This document shows positions 27,372 to 42,656 of a stretch of DNA of 64,000 nucleotides, one piece after another. Origin of the DNA: Octopus sinensis (taxonomy: Eukaryota); assembly GCF_006345805.1 (NCBI RefSeq), contig NC_043008.1, positions 47,554,001-47,618,000 on the forward strand. The letters are read 5' to 3'. Both the position numbers and the translations under genes were made by a program. A model generated the notes under the pieces. That model did not search any database. It was not told the DNA's origin and was given only the letters and a program-made list of their open reading frames with translations. Position 1 is the first letter of the stretch; the number at the start of each line of letters is the position of its first letter.

Positions 27372-28214
27372 TCAACAGGGGCTTCTTCAAGTCTTGAATC
27401 GTTTGAGTTGGCAGCTAGAATGGTATTTTAAGAGATTGGGTGAAATCCGAGTCAAGCGTAAGACACACTTCGGCAAGATGTGTGAACCACTTAACCTTGC
27501 TCAAGCGTTTCCGACGGAGACGTGATATATATCAATAGTAATACTGCAGTTAATTTGGTCGGGTTCAGGTGAGGTGAACCTACTGTCAACACAACCACTT
27601 GGGGTACTAGGATTCTCTAACTGATGATGAACAGGTAATTGTTAGGATTGCGATACACGCAGAGATTCCCAGATTGTGAGAACGTGTAGTTCCTGTTTAA
27701 ATCATAAATCCTTTCTTGGGCGTTCTGAATTTCCAGTCATACATTTTCACAAAACTAGCAAAACGTTAATGTTCCATATTATAGTAATTTTGATTCTTTC
27801 ACTAATCCTATACATCCTCTTATTTCAGAGTCGAATTTTTTAGCAGCATTTTAAAGGATTTCCAGCTCGATATTTTTCTGCGTGCATATTATATACAGAG
27901 ATGATGTTTTATAGTTAATCTCTATCCCATATCCAAAATGGTGACCTCATTCAGCAGCTTTCTTAAAATAGTAGAAATGGAGGAACGGGGAGCGGGGTAA
28001 TGAGTATTTCCCTCTTCATAGGGTTATAATATTAGGTTTAATTATTTTGGTCTTTGATTTTAATGGAAATTGATCTTTCTTATTTTGACGTAGAATGGTT
28101 AAACATTTGAATATAATTCTTTAATACTTGAAAAGATTCATTTATTTACTTATTTATTTAGAAGATCTTCAGCATCCGGGTGTTCGGAATATTCTTTAGG
28201 TGTTTCAATCGGAA

Positions 28215-28477
28215 AATTTCTATTTTGAAATCTCACAACGAGAGACATTCAGCAACAGTACTTTGAAGTAAAGATTTTTGCCAACATAACATGGCGTCCT
28301 GGTTTAGAACGAATGTTACTGTAATTTAACCCCAGGAGACATCGTCTCCAGCTGGCTATACGACAATATAAGGATCGTGTCGTATAGCCAACTGGAGATG
28401 ATGCCTCATTGGGCTAAATTACAGCAACATTCGCCCTAAACCAGGACGGCCGTGTTATGTTGGCAAACAATCTTTAC
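28215..28477. mobile_element. Fold-back MITE-like element (copy 1)
   Basis: 28268-28364 is the reverse complement of 28379-28477 around a 14-nt spacer. Homologous to 45085-45335 and 45368-45713. Confidence 0.8.
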
Positions 28478-28487
28478 TCCATTTTTC

Positions 28488-29003
28488 AGTTGTCAATCCA
28501 GGCCATGTTCCACCTTTCCTCCTTCAATCTAATGTCTTCTATAATCGCCCAGTTCACAAAAAGCTGCCATGTATTCTTTCCGATACCAATATTCCTCCTC
28601 TCGTAATATAATATTGCTCCCCATGTGAGAAACCAGCTTGTCTTCGATATCCACTTGAAGGATTTTCTTCAACTTTGACAGGCAGTTATGGCACTATAAT
28701 TTCCTGGGTTTCTGGTATTTATGTTTTCATGACTCATATTGATTTCCACAAAATCATGCATTGATTTTGGTCAGCTTACCATTCCATTGTATACAACTAT
28801 TGTATTGCCATGTATACTAGTCAGGCGCTCCAACCAGAAATTGTGGGACTTGCCAATCCCAGATGCTTTTCAACTGTTTACTGCACTTCATGTATTTGCG
28901 GTTATTGCAGATCATACTTATGATGTTGTGCATTTCTTCTCTCTTATCTGATCAAATGTACGTGTTTCATAAACCATTTCCACACACATTCCCCTTAAGC
29001 CGG
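28488..29003 (-). pseudogene. Degenerate non-LTR retrotransposon RT fragment (R4/Dong-like, tentative)
   Basis: Minus-strand frames give KSHNFWLERLTSIH, NPGNYSAIT and QLFVNWAIIED..NMAWID, resembling the early RT domains of RLE-type LINEs. Many stops and frameshifts. Confidence 0.65.
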
Positions 29004-29068
29004 CCAAAACATTTCAATATTTTGAATTATTGTCGATGTTAGTCTATCTTCTATTTTTATTATCATCA

Positions 29069-29132
<64 letters not shown>

Positions 29133-29382
29133 TTTTTTTTTCTTCTTTCAAATTTTCTTCCATTTCTTGCCGAGTGACTTCCCGACTCCTAGGGCAAAGA
29201 AACTCATAGTGTATATTGGTAGGCCATTAAACCAAACTCAGTAGTTCGTTCATTTTTTTTTTTAAATTTATTTATTTATTTTTTTTTTAAGTTAAATTAA
29301 AATACATGAGCAGCAACAGTTCTCACATCGACAATGCTCTTCTCAATACGTGTGATGTACCAGTTAAGACAATCTTTTGCAC

Positions 29383-29413
<31 letters not shown>

Positions 29414-30183
29414 CATTGAAGGCCATATATGTCCGAAGCATTAAGAGCACCAATACCATTACCACTATTGAATTAATAAGAATAATATGTATTGTGTGAT
29501 ATTTTTAAAAGAAGCAAGATTTTGGGGTGTTAAAATATCCATTTACACTTTTTGTTTTCGTATTCATGCAAAGCACGAAACAAGCCTCTTGTATATTTTT
29601 GAAGTTGCGAAAGTAAGAACCGGAATAGATTCCGGTTTAAATCGGCAAGCTATTGTAGTCGCCAGAATATTCCGTTCGATAACTGCACAACAACAGTATT
29701 AACAATAGGCAAACAGAACCGGTTGTATTGATTATATCGACTGGCAAATATGCATAATTCAAGTAGAGTCATTATTATTTATTATCGAAATTCGAATAAG
29801 AAAATAAGTATTAATAAAAAAAGAAAACATGTGTCGAGATATAATAATAAAAGATCAAGATAATATGATAAACTTGTAATGGAAATTAAAGAGAAATAAA
29901 AGAAAGAATTGAGCTAGAATCGGCTTTGACCTCAGATATTGTTGGTGGACATTTCATGAATGTAAAATATTCTTTTAAGTTTATGTACAGTCACAAAGTA
30001 AATGGAAGAGAATAAGTAGCAGATTTCATACACGCACACACGCGAACACGATTGCGCACACATATGCATACACATTAATATGTATATATATAAGTATATA
30101 TACATGTATATATATATTTATATATATGTGGTGTGTGTGTATGTATATACATATATGTTTATATATATATATGTTTATATATA

Positions 30184-30251
<68 letters not shown>

Positions 30252-30345
30252 GTGTGTGTGTACATATACTAGAATGGGAGGTATGATTATATACACATAC
30301 ATGTGCATTTATGTATTCATACATACACGCACACATATACACACG

Positions 30346-30388
<43 letters not shown>

Positions 30389-30519
30389 GTGCGTGTGTGT
30401 GTGTGCGTGTGTGCGTGCATATATGTATGTATACATACATATATGTAAGTGTCTGTATTTTTGCATATTTAAATACGTATAAATATACATTTACGTATAT
30501 AGATCTAATGGTTGACATG

Positions 30520-30561
<42 letters not shown>

Positions 30562-30573
30562 ATATATATATAT

Positions 30574-30604
<31 letters not shown>

Positions 30605-32169
30605 ACATATATATACACATATTCATATACAGATATATATATTTTAATATAGCGTGTATGTATGTATGTATGTATGTATGTATGTATGTATGTATGTATG
30701 TGTGTGTGTATGTTTGTAATATAAATGCTGGAATTATTTGTCTCTATTTACAATTTTATACTTAAATATGTTTTAGGACGAAGAGTTGTATATGGTGTTC
30801 AGAAATGTAATTTTCTACTGTTACTAAATTCAAAACTTTGTACAGTATATTTGCTTCGGCTTTGCGAGGAAAAACACTGTATACGTAACAACTTTACGCA
30901 AACAGTTCTATGCATTACATATACCTTGAATCAAGTGTGTATACGTTACAACCATATAGACACATAATTGCATATATTACAACTCCGTGTTTATAATAAA
31001 ACTAGTTTAAATTTCTTTGATGTCCCCATAAGGATTGAGAGAAATTTTTGCTTATTTCTTCAACCTCTCTTAGGATCATCATAGTTTTCAGAGAGAAGAA
31101 CCGACCTAAATGATAGTTAATTGTTTGTTATATGTGTGTTTTTAATACACACCTGAGTATGTTTTTATGTATACATTTATGTACATAGATGTGTGTAGGT
31201 ATGTTTAGGTAAGTGTAAATATAGAAACATCATATATCACTAATATGGATGTGTGTGTGTGTGTGTGTGTGCGTACGTGTGTGTATGTGTGTATAAATAC
31301 ATACATACCAAAATGATTCGTTTTTGCACGATTAACTCTGCAATTTAGAGGTAATCATTCTTCTAGTGAATTCATCGATTTGCTTGGGATGTTTGCAGAA
31401 AAGCATGAAAATGAGATTTGACTCTGTTACCAAGGAGAAATTTATTCGGTGAGCGAATTCCAATATTTAGAATGCAATGTAATTTTATATTCTATGAAGT
31501 AGAACTTCTTCTCTATAAACTTGTTATATTTTCCTTTTATAATTGAGTCAATTTTTAACGTTTACATTTTCCATTTGACAATGTTTGAATCAATGTTAAA
31601 ATTTCACTTGATATTATTGTTCGTTTAAGCAAGTTAATCATCCGGTTCCACTTTTGAACATCAATTGGAATGTACATTTTATATGATATAGTTTTTGAAT
31701 TTAATATTTACACTCCGGTAAACTGAGCTAGAAGTTTCTAGATCTAGTTCTACATTTCAATGAAGATGTCTCTTTTATGAGTAACTTATCTATTCCTACA
31801 CAATAGTAAAATTAGTTCTCTATCGGAAATAACTATTGCAAGTGAAATAAACACTCGTGAAACTTACAGCAGTGATAGAGTTTAAGTAATGAACCTAGAA
31901 CCCATTACTGCATGCATTTACAAGTGTGCGCAGAGAGTCTGTTCTTAGTATGTGTTCCGGTTTCAGTGCAGACAATGCAACGAAGATGATACAGTAACAC
32001 TGTCATCATTTCGGCAAAGTGTTTCAAATGTAAAATAATTCTCGAATTGAATTCACACAGTCATAACAACGCATCGGGTCAATTGTCTTTAGCAGTTATA
32101 ATGTTATACATTTTAGGGGAACTTCAGTCGTTGACATTATTAATGTTTGGGATGTGAAAGATGAAATAA

Positions 32170-32242
32170 TGATAACAATAATAATAACAACAGCAACTAC
32201 AGCAAGGCAATAATAATAATAATGATGATGATAATAATACTA

Positions 32243-32332
<90 letters not shown>

Positions 32333-32360
32333 CAACAACAACAACAACAGCAAAAACTAT
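32170..32360. repeat. (TAA)n/(CAA)n microsatellite
   Basis: Directly visible. Confidence 0.9.
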
Positions 32361-34394
32361 GATAATAAAACAAATTTTTCATACGGTTGTTCCATTGCAC
32401 CCAAAATATCCTGCAGACTCACATAGAAACATTAAAACATCACAAAATACATAGAAACTAATATCGTTGAAATATCCTGATAAATGAGAAAATATCCGAG
32501 GGAATATTGAGAAAAATCTCCAGCAGACTCACTCGCGGAAACAGCCACGAGCAGCTAAAAGTTGTTTTAAAGGGATAAGCTAAGTGTTTCTCCTTATTTA
32601 CTCCTGAAATAGGGTTTACTCAAAAGCTAAACAGAGCATTCCTTGTGCATTAATCTTACAGAGACAGGAATAAGCGAATTAATTAAGCGGAGAAAAACAG
32701 AGAAATTTGTCAATTCCAAATGGTGAATCGCCTTGAAAAGAGTGATTAGAATATAATCGATAAGAATTAGTAGGATGATAGAGAAAAGTAGAATAGAAGG
32801 AGCCCTGGTTAGAACACAGACGACTTAGAAATGGCATGAAATGAGATGTTTGTGGCAAGAGTGACCCTCGGCGAATCCTTTTTGTCAGAGCTAGAGCGCG
32901 TGCTCTCAGATATATAGGAACGAAATCTGGTTGGTGGGACAGAGTTACTAGTCGATGTATAACAAATCGCTTCGTCTTTGGCGGATCCTAAGTTTCACTT
33001 TCGTTTCGATGAATTCTATTTCCACTCAACCGGATTTCCTTGTATCTAATGGACAAACGTTACCTTAAGGCACGAAACAATTATTTATGCCGAGGACAAC
33101 AGTTAGATGTTGGCAGGTCCCAAAAGAAAGAGCACAGGAATATGAAATATTCTGCGAGTTAATACTTGTGTTTTTCTTGGTAAATGTGTGTAAGCAATGG
33201 TTTACAACAGAAAACACTGAATGATTTTATTTTTAAATTTGCATACGTACAAGAAACAAAGGAGTAGTTGTCTCAGTTACGGAGAATTGCTAGAACTTTA
33301 CAAATAGTGTTTGATTCAGTAAGTATAAGTAATATTCAATTAGTGATAATTTTTACGAACCATACGAAATATTAATTTTAGTTAAGATTCGATCACCAAT
33401 GAACTGTTGGACTTCGTCCAGCCTAGTGTATTGAAGTATTTTAATTCTACACTGCTGTAACCACTACCTACACTCTTCGAATGTATTGATGCAAATGGCA
33501 GATTCAGGTCTCACTTCACGGATGAATGCGCTAAATAAGGAAGCATTAATGTGATTGTCAAGTTCAGAAGTCATTAGCGAGAGCAAGTTTGCTGTATTCA
33601 CAAACGAGTTATTCAAACTGAATATAAATGACCTTATTTGCGGCTTAAATTTTGTCTCATTTTAACGCAAACCAATGCATGTAATCCTTACCATCATTGA
33701 TTTCTGTCACAGTCAAACGGGCAGTTAATTACCATAATTATTAAATTTAGAAAGTATAAATATTTTAATAATTTTCCTATTCTTTTGGTATTTCTGTCTT
33801 GCATTATTGATAGGCTTTGCTGATAGGCAGTAAAATTTAAATTTATTGAACACATCAACAGTTTAACAGTCAATTATGTTTCATTGAGAAGAACGAACAA
33901 AATTATAGCTGACGGTGTCTGGTATACTTAACTAGATTTCCATTTCTGTTAAACGCCCTTCTTCATGAATGCCGAAGGCTCGAATATCGACGAATCTGAA
34001 AACACCATCTTTATGTAACTGCAATTCTTTGTCTGCTTAAACATTTTAAATGAATTCCTATATCAGCTAAAGTTTAAATATTTTTTGTTTTGTATCGATA
34101 AAAATAATTTTTTTAAGTTCCTAGTTTACTTCGCTAAACATCATAGTTAATGTTTTTCATTTTAAACCGATATACACTTTATTTCAAACGACATTGGATT
34201 ATTGCGACTACCATATTTCTAACAGTGGTTTTAAGGTATTATTAGATGATGGAGGGGACATACACGCAAAGATAAACCGTAGGCATAGGATTACCGTTTT
34301 TGTATTATTCTGGGAGCCAGAAGAGTACAATAGATAGTTCAAATGATTATTTCTATCCAGTGAAATTTGAAATGCTATATTTTTGAATTCCTTT

Positions 34395-34567
34395 GTCAAA
34401 ACTCTATACGAAAAATATTCGACATATTCCCCTCTCACATGCATACACTTATTGCAGCGGTCCTTCAGTTTTTGAAAGCCCTGTAAAAGAACACGGATTT
34501 TTCGACCCTACCAGCCAAGCTTTCCATGGTACCCTTAAAGGCAGGAACTTTTCAGCACACCCTCATA
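34395..34567 (-). mobile_element. Mariner-derived non-autonomous element (TIR + transposase C-terminal remnant)
   Basis: Minus strand starts tatgagggtgtgctgaaaagttcc and encodes KLKDRCNKCMHVRGEYVE, like a mariner C-terminus. Confidence 0.65.
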
Positions 34568-35105
34568 TAAGTATATATGAGCTTGTACATCCATATCTAC
34601 TAATACTTTTTCCTTGTATTGTGTATTTGTCTGTTTTTGTATCTGGTATTGTTATGGATCGTCTGTAAGAATGCAGCTGTATAGCTTAATTTACCACTTC
34701 TATATTCGAAGACCAAAAATAAATCTTACGGAACAGAGTTTATTTTAACGATACATATTGAAATCACCTAAGGAGACACGTCTCCACCTAGCGATACACC
34801 TAAACACGATGTTCTGAATCCCAGCCTCGAGAGATGGGTCGAAAACATTGATTTTTTTCCATATTCCCTCTCTGTCACTAAACAAATGTAAATGTATGCG
34901 TATAGATATATATATATATAGTTGAAGAAATAGCCAAATTTTTGGCTGCTATTTCTGAAAAGTTCGGTGTGTGGTAAAGTGAATTCTTTTACTTTACCAT
35001 ATTTTTCTAAATTAATGCTTCAAATATACCGTAAATGGTCTTTACATACCGAATACTGCTTGGTCGAATTTATTAACAATTAATTAATTCGACCCCCTTT
35101 TTTGA

Positions 35106-35229
<124 letters not shown>

Positions 35230-35262
35230 TATATATAGATATATATATATAGTATATATATG

Positions 35263-35530
35263 TATAAAATATTATTAGAGATTATGACTTCATAATTTGA
35301 AACTGACTTATTGGAAGTCCACCTGAAGATTGTCGATCAAGACAAGTAACAATTGTAGTGGCGGTTTTTTTGACTATTTATTAAAATGTTATGTATTGAT
35401 TAAGTTTCCTTGTTTGTTTTGCAAAATAGTGGTTTTGTCTCTAATAATATTTTATAATATTTTACTATAAAATTAGATTTAATCCTAAATCTGATTTTTT
35501 CCCTGTAAATTTGGATTTATTCCCTAATAT
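35263..35530 (+). mobile_element. Short PLE-like end, family F, with hammerhead-like motif at 35319-35361
   Basis: 19-bp perfect inverted repeat 35263-35281 / 35438-35456, enclosing CCAC-CTGAAGA-TTGTC-gatcaa-GACAA-GTAAC-aatt-GTA-GTGG. Confidence 0.65.
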
Positions 35531-35549
35531 TTATTATTATATATACATG

Positions 35550-35646
<97 letters not shown>

Positions 35647-35833
35647 TGTATATATATATGTGGTGTGTGTTATATATACACATATATATACATATATATA
35701 TTATATATACATACATATATACACTATATATATATACACACATATATATATATATATGTGGTGTGTGTGTGCGTATATATATAATATATACACACACACA
35801 TATATATGCATATATATATACATATATATATAT

Positions 35834-35869
<36 letters not shown>

Positions 35870-36122
35870 TCTTTTGCTCGTGCTGGTCATGTGACTGTGG
35901 TGATGTAGGATCACCACCTTCAAGACAGTTTAGTCGAACAAATCGACCCCAGGTCTTTTTTAAAGTCTGGTACTTATTATAGTGTTCTCTTTTGCCGAAC
36001 TGCTACTGTACAGGGACTTAAACACACCAACAGGGTTTCAAGCAGTGGGAGGGACAAACAGACACAAACACATACACTAATAGAAATATACATATATATA
36101 CACACACACACACACACACATA

Positions 36123-36209
<87 letters not shown>

Positions 36210-36367
36210 TATATATATGAGGGGCGTCTTGCAGTTTCCGTCAACCAAATTCACTTTGGTCGGCCGATTCTAAAGTAAGAAGTCACTTGTCCAAGTCCAC
36301 ACGAAGGGACTGAACCTGGAACTACGTGGTTGGGAAGCAAGCTTCTTACCACACAGCCATGCCTGCA

Positions 36368-36369
<2 letters not shown>
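35870..36369 (-). mobile_element. tRNA-derived SINE family 1 (head, microsatellite middle, tail)
   Basis: Head at 36250-36369 is rc-similar to the 9097 copy; tail at 35870-36065 is rc-similar to 57750-57926. Confidence 0.75.
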
Positions 36370-36413
<44 letters not shown>

Positions 36414-39279
36414 ACCATTTTCAGTTTTCAAGTTAACGTGTTATTAAGCATAAACTTCAGATATATCAGAGATATATCGTTATTCGACGAGTACTTTACT
36501 AACCAAACTTCAGTCTAACATTTTAAGTAGTAACTAAATATTCATCTAAGTATTTCACACTTTTTCTCCTCTTCCATTTATATTCACATTTCAGGCTTTA
36601 TTCATGTCATCTGTATTTTGCATTTTTTACGAGTGTCCGGTATAGGAATATCGGTAATATAACAGTTTGAGGCCACTTCAATATATTACTTTCCTAGAAA
36701 CACATGGCCATTTCCCACGGCCACCTATTATTAAATTAATATAACGACTGTGCACTTTCGGACTAAACGTCACAAAGTTACTGCTCAGTTCAAAAGTGAA
36801 CTGAATCGACCTCGTCTTTAAAATAAAAATACGAAGGATAGAAGTGCTGATTCGAATGGTTTTTTAGCATCTAAGAAATATCCGTGGCTTCATGCCATCA
36901 TTACAAACATTATTAATTATACAATGTTGTAACTTAATTATATTGTAAATTAATAGTTTTATTAACTCGTCATAAGGATCGTCGCAAAGCGAAAGTTAAG
37001 GTTTTGGGCAAGTGGACATAGTGATGCAACTTTAATTCTTATTTAAAATATTCTCGAATCAATTATGCTGTTAATACCTTTGGGAATGACATATTACCTC
37101 TCTTCTTAAACGTTGGAATATTTTAGCCTAACCTAACAGAAACCTTATTAAATATGTATGATACTTAGGTGACGTTAATTCATTTATGCAAGAAGTTTCT
37201 TTGGGAGAGACATAACCGGTAGAATACCACGTTTATCCACACCCCCATCGCACCATTATATATAATAAACGAAAACTAAAATTATTCAAATGTAATTTAT
37301 GATCTTCGTTCAAAATATTTGTCTAAAATTTGTATATGTCTATGGCTGTGTGAAAATATGTTCTGAAAATAATATATCACAGATAATTTATTTTAATTTA
37401 GCTCATAATGCCAAATGGTCGGCACAAACAGAGAGGAGGAATTTTGCGTGTTGCTAATAGATGTTTCAACGTTTCTATTGAAATGGATTTATCAAAGGAC
37501 GCCGCCTGGTTATTTCATTGATGAGTGGAGTCTGTATCAGTTATCGTCAACTACTCTATTATAAATTGGCGATTTGATTCCACTAAACATTAATTAGAAA
37601 TTCAAAGGAAATTTGCATATTGCAAATTTACATACTATCAGGCAGTCCCAGAAGAGTTCCAACAAAAAAATTAAATTAAAGTAATGGTACGCATTGAAGT
37701 AAGCGGACTTTCAAATGAGATACAAGAATCAGCTTTTTTTCCATTATTATTCCAAGAAATTTGCATAACTCATAGAATGAATTCCTAAAAGTAGCAGGTA
37801 GAGAGTAAAGAAATTTGATTCATTCTGCATGTTTTCTCTAAAGAGATTTCTCAATGACGCCTTATTTTAAAATGCACAAATGCAAGCGGTGACGGTGGGG
37901 GTTCGATTCGGATTTTAAGCTATTTAATTTCACACATGTTTGCGTAAACCCACGGGAAAAAGCCGAACGATATCGCAACCACTTTCTCTCGTTCAGCCAA
38001 TAGCACTAATTAAACATTGATTGATACATTTAATTATGAAAATAAAACAATTGCATCTATTGTCGCGGTTTTCCCCTTGATAAATAATTTATTGATTTTT
38101 TTCCAATTCGTCTAATGAAAAATATAATTGATCGAATTGGCCCTATTTTATTCGCAGTACTTGCTTTATCGACATCCCTCTCCTACAAAGATAAGACGAA
38201 AACTAATTTCCACTCCAAGAGAACTGAGAACGAAGAGAGCAGAAAATAAATTATGTATTTTAGTTATGGCAACCTTCTTCTTCCATCTGAAGCACGTCAC
38301 AAACCCAGACACAGGAAATAATAATATACGCACAACAAGAGTGAACTATTGATTAAGTATCAAACGAGAAAGCGAAAGGTTGTTAATTTTTAATCTTAAA
38401 AGAATCTACGAGGAATTTCAAATCTGAACAATCACTTCTCAAGACTGAGGTGTAGACATCTTTTGGTGAAACAGACGAAGCAGAAATCCAATGCACATGA
38501 GTGAATGCGTAGTAACGGATGCTTTGATACCGTCTCTGGGTCTATCGACCGAGATTAGAGTTAACAAATCAATTATGTTGTTGCTTAAACCACAGTGTTG
38601 TTGTAATGCGTATCACATATTCGTCACATATGCATAAGTAATCAAATACTAAATATCTTTGCCATAGTTTGTATGTTATAACGATTATCAGAAACTTGCA
38701 GTTGAATTCCACCTTACAACTGACAACGTTGTTAGCTTCCGTGTATCACCGACATTCTCCACTTCATTTATATATAATGGGAAGTTTCATTCGATTTGAG
38801 AGTCAACACACACTCACACATGCTCTCATGTAATCAAATACACATACTGTAAAACACACATTCACACACACTCTATCTATGTGTATATGATAAACTTAAA
38901 TTTCTCAGATAAATGTCTCGCGAGAGTGATTTTAACCAAGTCTTGCCTGACCACTAAATGTATTTGAGCTGTAACACGACCTAAAACTCATCCAACACAA
39001 TTTTTTTTAAACGTGTGACGTTTTTTTTTATAAAAGAAAACTGCGATATAAGCTGTTACAGTAATCAATAAATATAAGTATTCTTAATAAAAAGTTTTGT
39101 GAGAAATATTTCAATTATTTAAGACGATTGTAGTCAATAATAGCAATTATATCCACTTATCTACACTCTACCCTATCGAGTGAATGCTATCTGTGAGGGG
39201 TTAAAACAATGCAAAGTAGATAAGACTATCAGAGATAGTAGTAGCATAGGTAATACAGCAACAATAATATTAGCATCGT

Positions 39280-39604
39280 GGAGGCGCAAAAGCCCAGTGG
39301 TTAGGACAGTGGACTCGCGGTCATAGGATCTCGGTTTCGATTCCAGACCAGGCAGGGGTGGTGGCGAACCCTGCTGTACTCTTTCACCACAACTTTCCAT
39401 CACTATTTTTCCTGTTTCTGCTGTACCTGCATTTCAAAGGGCCAGCTTTGTCACTCTCTGTGTCACGCTGAATCTCCCCGAGAACTACGTTAAGCGTACA
39501 CGAATGTGTGGAGTCCTCAGCCACTTGCACCTTGACTTCACGAGCAAGCTGTTCCGTTGATCGGATTAACTGGAAGCATCGTCGTCGCGACCGACGGAGT
39601 GCCC
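39280..39604 (+). mobile_element. tRNA-derived SINE, family 2
   Basis: tRNA-like head ggaggcgcaaaagcccagtggttaggacagtggactcgcggtcataggatctcggtttcgattcc (A/B-box-like), followed by a unique body. Confidence 0.7.
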
Positions 39605-39907
39605 TAATAATATTAGCAAGGAAAAAATATTCATATTGGTTCTTCAATTGTCGATAATACTAATATAGATAATACAAGCATTAATGAAACTAATATGGAA
39701 AAGAGAAACATCGACCATACTTGTATACACATATCCATAAATATGTACATCTGATAATGTATATATATAAATATGTATATGTGGGCGTGTGTATATTTAC
39801 ATAGACAGAGAGAGAGAGTGACTGAGCGCGAGAGAGAGAGGACTATATATATGTGGATAAAAGATAGATGTATGTAATATGTATATACATATACATGTAC
39901 ATATATG

Positions 39908-39967
<60 letters not shown>

Positions 39968-40124
39968 ATAATATCTATATATATGTTTGTATGTATGTGT
40001 ATCTGTTGTATGTATGAATGTCATTATTTAGTTTATTTCCAGATTTCTTGCCAAAGGGAATGAACCGGTTTCTCACCTAGATCCAAACCTCCTTCGTTGC
40101 AATTTCAACATGAACAACATAGTA

Positions 40125-41372
40125 TTTTTGTTTGTATGTATGTTTGTGTGTATGTATGTATGTATGTATGTATGTATGTATGCACGTATGTATGTATGTA
40201 TGAATGTATGTATGTATGTATGCATGTATGTATGCACGTATGTATGTATGTATGAATGTATGTATGTATGCACGTATGTATGTATGTATGAATGTATGTA
40301 TGTATGCACGTATGTATGTATGTATGAATGTATGTATGTATGCACGTATGTATGCACGTATGTATGTATGTATGAATGTATGTATGTATGCACGTATGTA
40401 TGCACGTATGTATGTATGTATGAATGTATGTATGTATGCATGTATGTATGCACGTATGTATGTATGTATGAATGTATGTATGTATGCACGTATGTATGCA
40501 CGTATGTATGTATGTATGAATGTATGTATGTATGCATGTATGTATGCACGTATGTATGTATGTATGAATGTATGTATGTATGCACGTATGTATGTATGTA
40601 TGAATGTATGTATGTATGCACGTATGTATGTATGTATGAATTATGTAATGTATGCACGTATGTATGCACGTATGTAGGTATGTATGATGTATGTATGTAT
40701 GCATGTATGTATGCACGTATGTATGTATGTATGTATGCATGTATGTATGCACGTATGTATGTATGTATGTATGAATGTATGTATGTATGCACGTATGTAT
40801 GTATGTATGAATGTATGTATGTATGCACGTATGTATGTATGTATGAATGTATGTATGTATGCACGTATGTATGTATGTATGAATGTATGTATGTATGCAC
40901 GTATGTATTTAGTATGAATGTATGTATGTATGCACGTATGTATGTATGTATGAATGTATGTATGTATGCACGTATGTATGTATGTATGAATGTATGTATG
41001 TATGCACGTATGTATGTATGTATGAATGTATGTATGTATGCACGTATGTATGTATGTATGAATGTATGTATGTATGTATGTATGAATGTATGTATGTATG
41101 CACGTATGTATCTATGTATGAATGTATGTATGTATGTATGTATGAATGTATGTATGTATGCACGTATGTATGTATGTATGAATGTATGTATGTATGTATG
41201 TATGAATGTATGTATGTATGTATGTATGAATGTATGTATGTATGCACGTATGTATGTATGTATGAATGTATGTATGTATGTATGTATGAATGTATGTATG
41301 TATGCACGTATGTATGTATGTATGAATGTATGTATGTATGTATGTATGAATGTATGTATGTATGCACGTATG
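40125..41372. repeat. (TATG)n-derived minisatellite with 36-nt higher-order unit
   Basis: Unit gcacgtatgtatgtatgtatgaatgtatgtatgtat plus longer variants. Confidence 0.95.
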
Positions 41373-41802
41373 TCAGCATCTGATATTCCATCCGAATTCT
41401 CCCTCGTGCTAAGGTGACCCAAGTGCTGAAAGATTAGCGATAAGGAAGCTTAAAATGAAGCGACCATGGAAACGGGAAGACACACAAACGATAACAATCG
41501 CAAGGAATGTATTTACGTGAAAATTTGAGTATACAGCGTGAAAGATGTTTGAAATGATCGATGCCTTTGCCCTAAGCTATAGTCATACTATTCTGTAATG
41601 CACCTGCATTGTTTTAACAATCAGTCATCTTTGATTCGAAACAGCTGTTAAGATAACATTTGCTTGCATTATATAAAGTTTTTCTTAGCTTTTCATACCT
41701 TTTCATTTTTTCATTTAAAATACATTTGTTTTGCGTGTTACAGTTTGTCATATTTTAAAGATATATATATATATGTATGTGTGTGTGTATGTATATATAT
41801 AC

Positions 41803-41844
<42 letters not shown>

Positions 41845-41862
41845 AATATATATATATATATA

Positions 41863-41893
<31 letters not shown>

Positions 41894-42592
41894 AGATATA
41901 GATATACATATATATATAATATATGTATGTATGTATGTATGTGTAGATATATATATGTGTGTGTGTGTGTGTGTTTGTGAGTCTGTTTATAAATATGTAA
42001 ATAGACCCACACAACATATGTATATAAGCACAATGATCTGTATCGTCGTATAAGATCGCTCTATTCGAAGATTTCCATGAGATGTAAAGCGACAGGGGAG
42101 ATCTTCGACTATCCCTCAGTATGAATTCCCATTGGGAAATCTTGATATACATTATATATTTTCTCATCTAATGTATTTTTACCGCAGAGATCGATATTTG
42201 ATGTCGTTCTAAGCTTCAGTTAATCTCTGTTGGACCAAGACTCATTATAGCTATGATTCTTTATGATGCGTTCGTATGGACTGCAAATGCCTGTTGCATT
42301 ATTGAGGTCAAATGAACCAAGTTTCTCATTCATTATACATAATTAATCAATTGAGTTACAATTCGAACAAATGCACAATTCCCTGGAACTCCTTTTGCGC
42401 ACATCAATGTATGATATTCTTTATTATCTCATTATACATTTAAAATAACTGACAAATTTTCTTGTAGTTGATGTTGTGTTTGTTTTAAGATTAACTTCAT
42501 CAATTTTTTAGAAATGTATTATGCAATTAAACAGCGTTTCATGGATGTATATATAATATATATATAATATATATATATATAATATATATATA

Positions 42593-42655
<63 letters not shown>

Positions 42656-42656
42656 T

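Noticed and set aside
33440-33530. VRPESAI resembling M13 C-terminal RPE motif
   Set aside because: Lacks the WC and HSP motifs; frame closes.
40073-41422. 435-449-aa ORFs and other YI/YLSI/HT/poly-residue ORFs throughout the track
   Set aside because: Translations of microsatellites with no stop in some frames.
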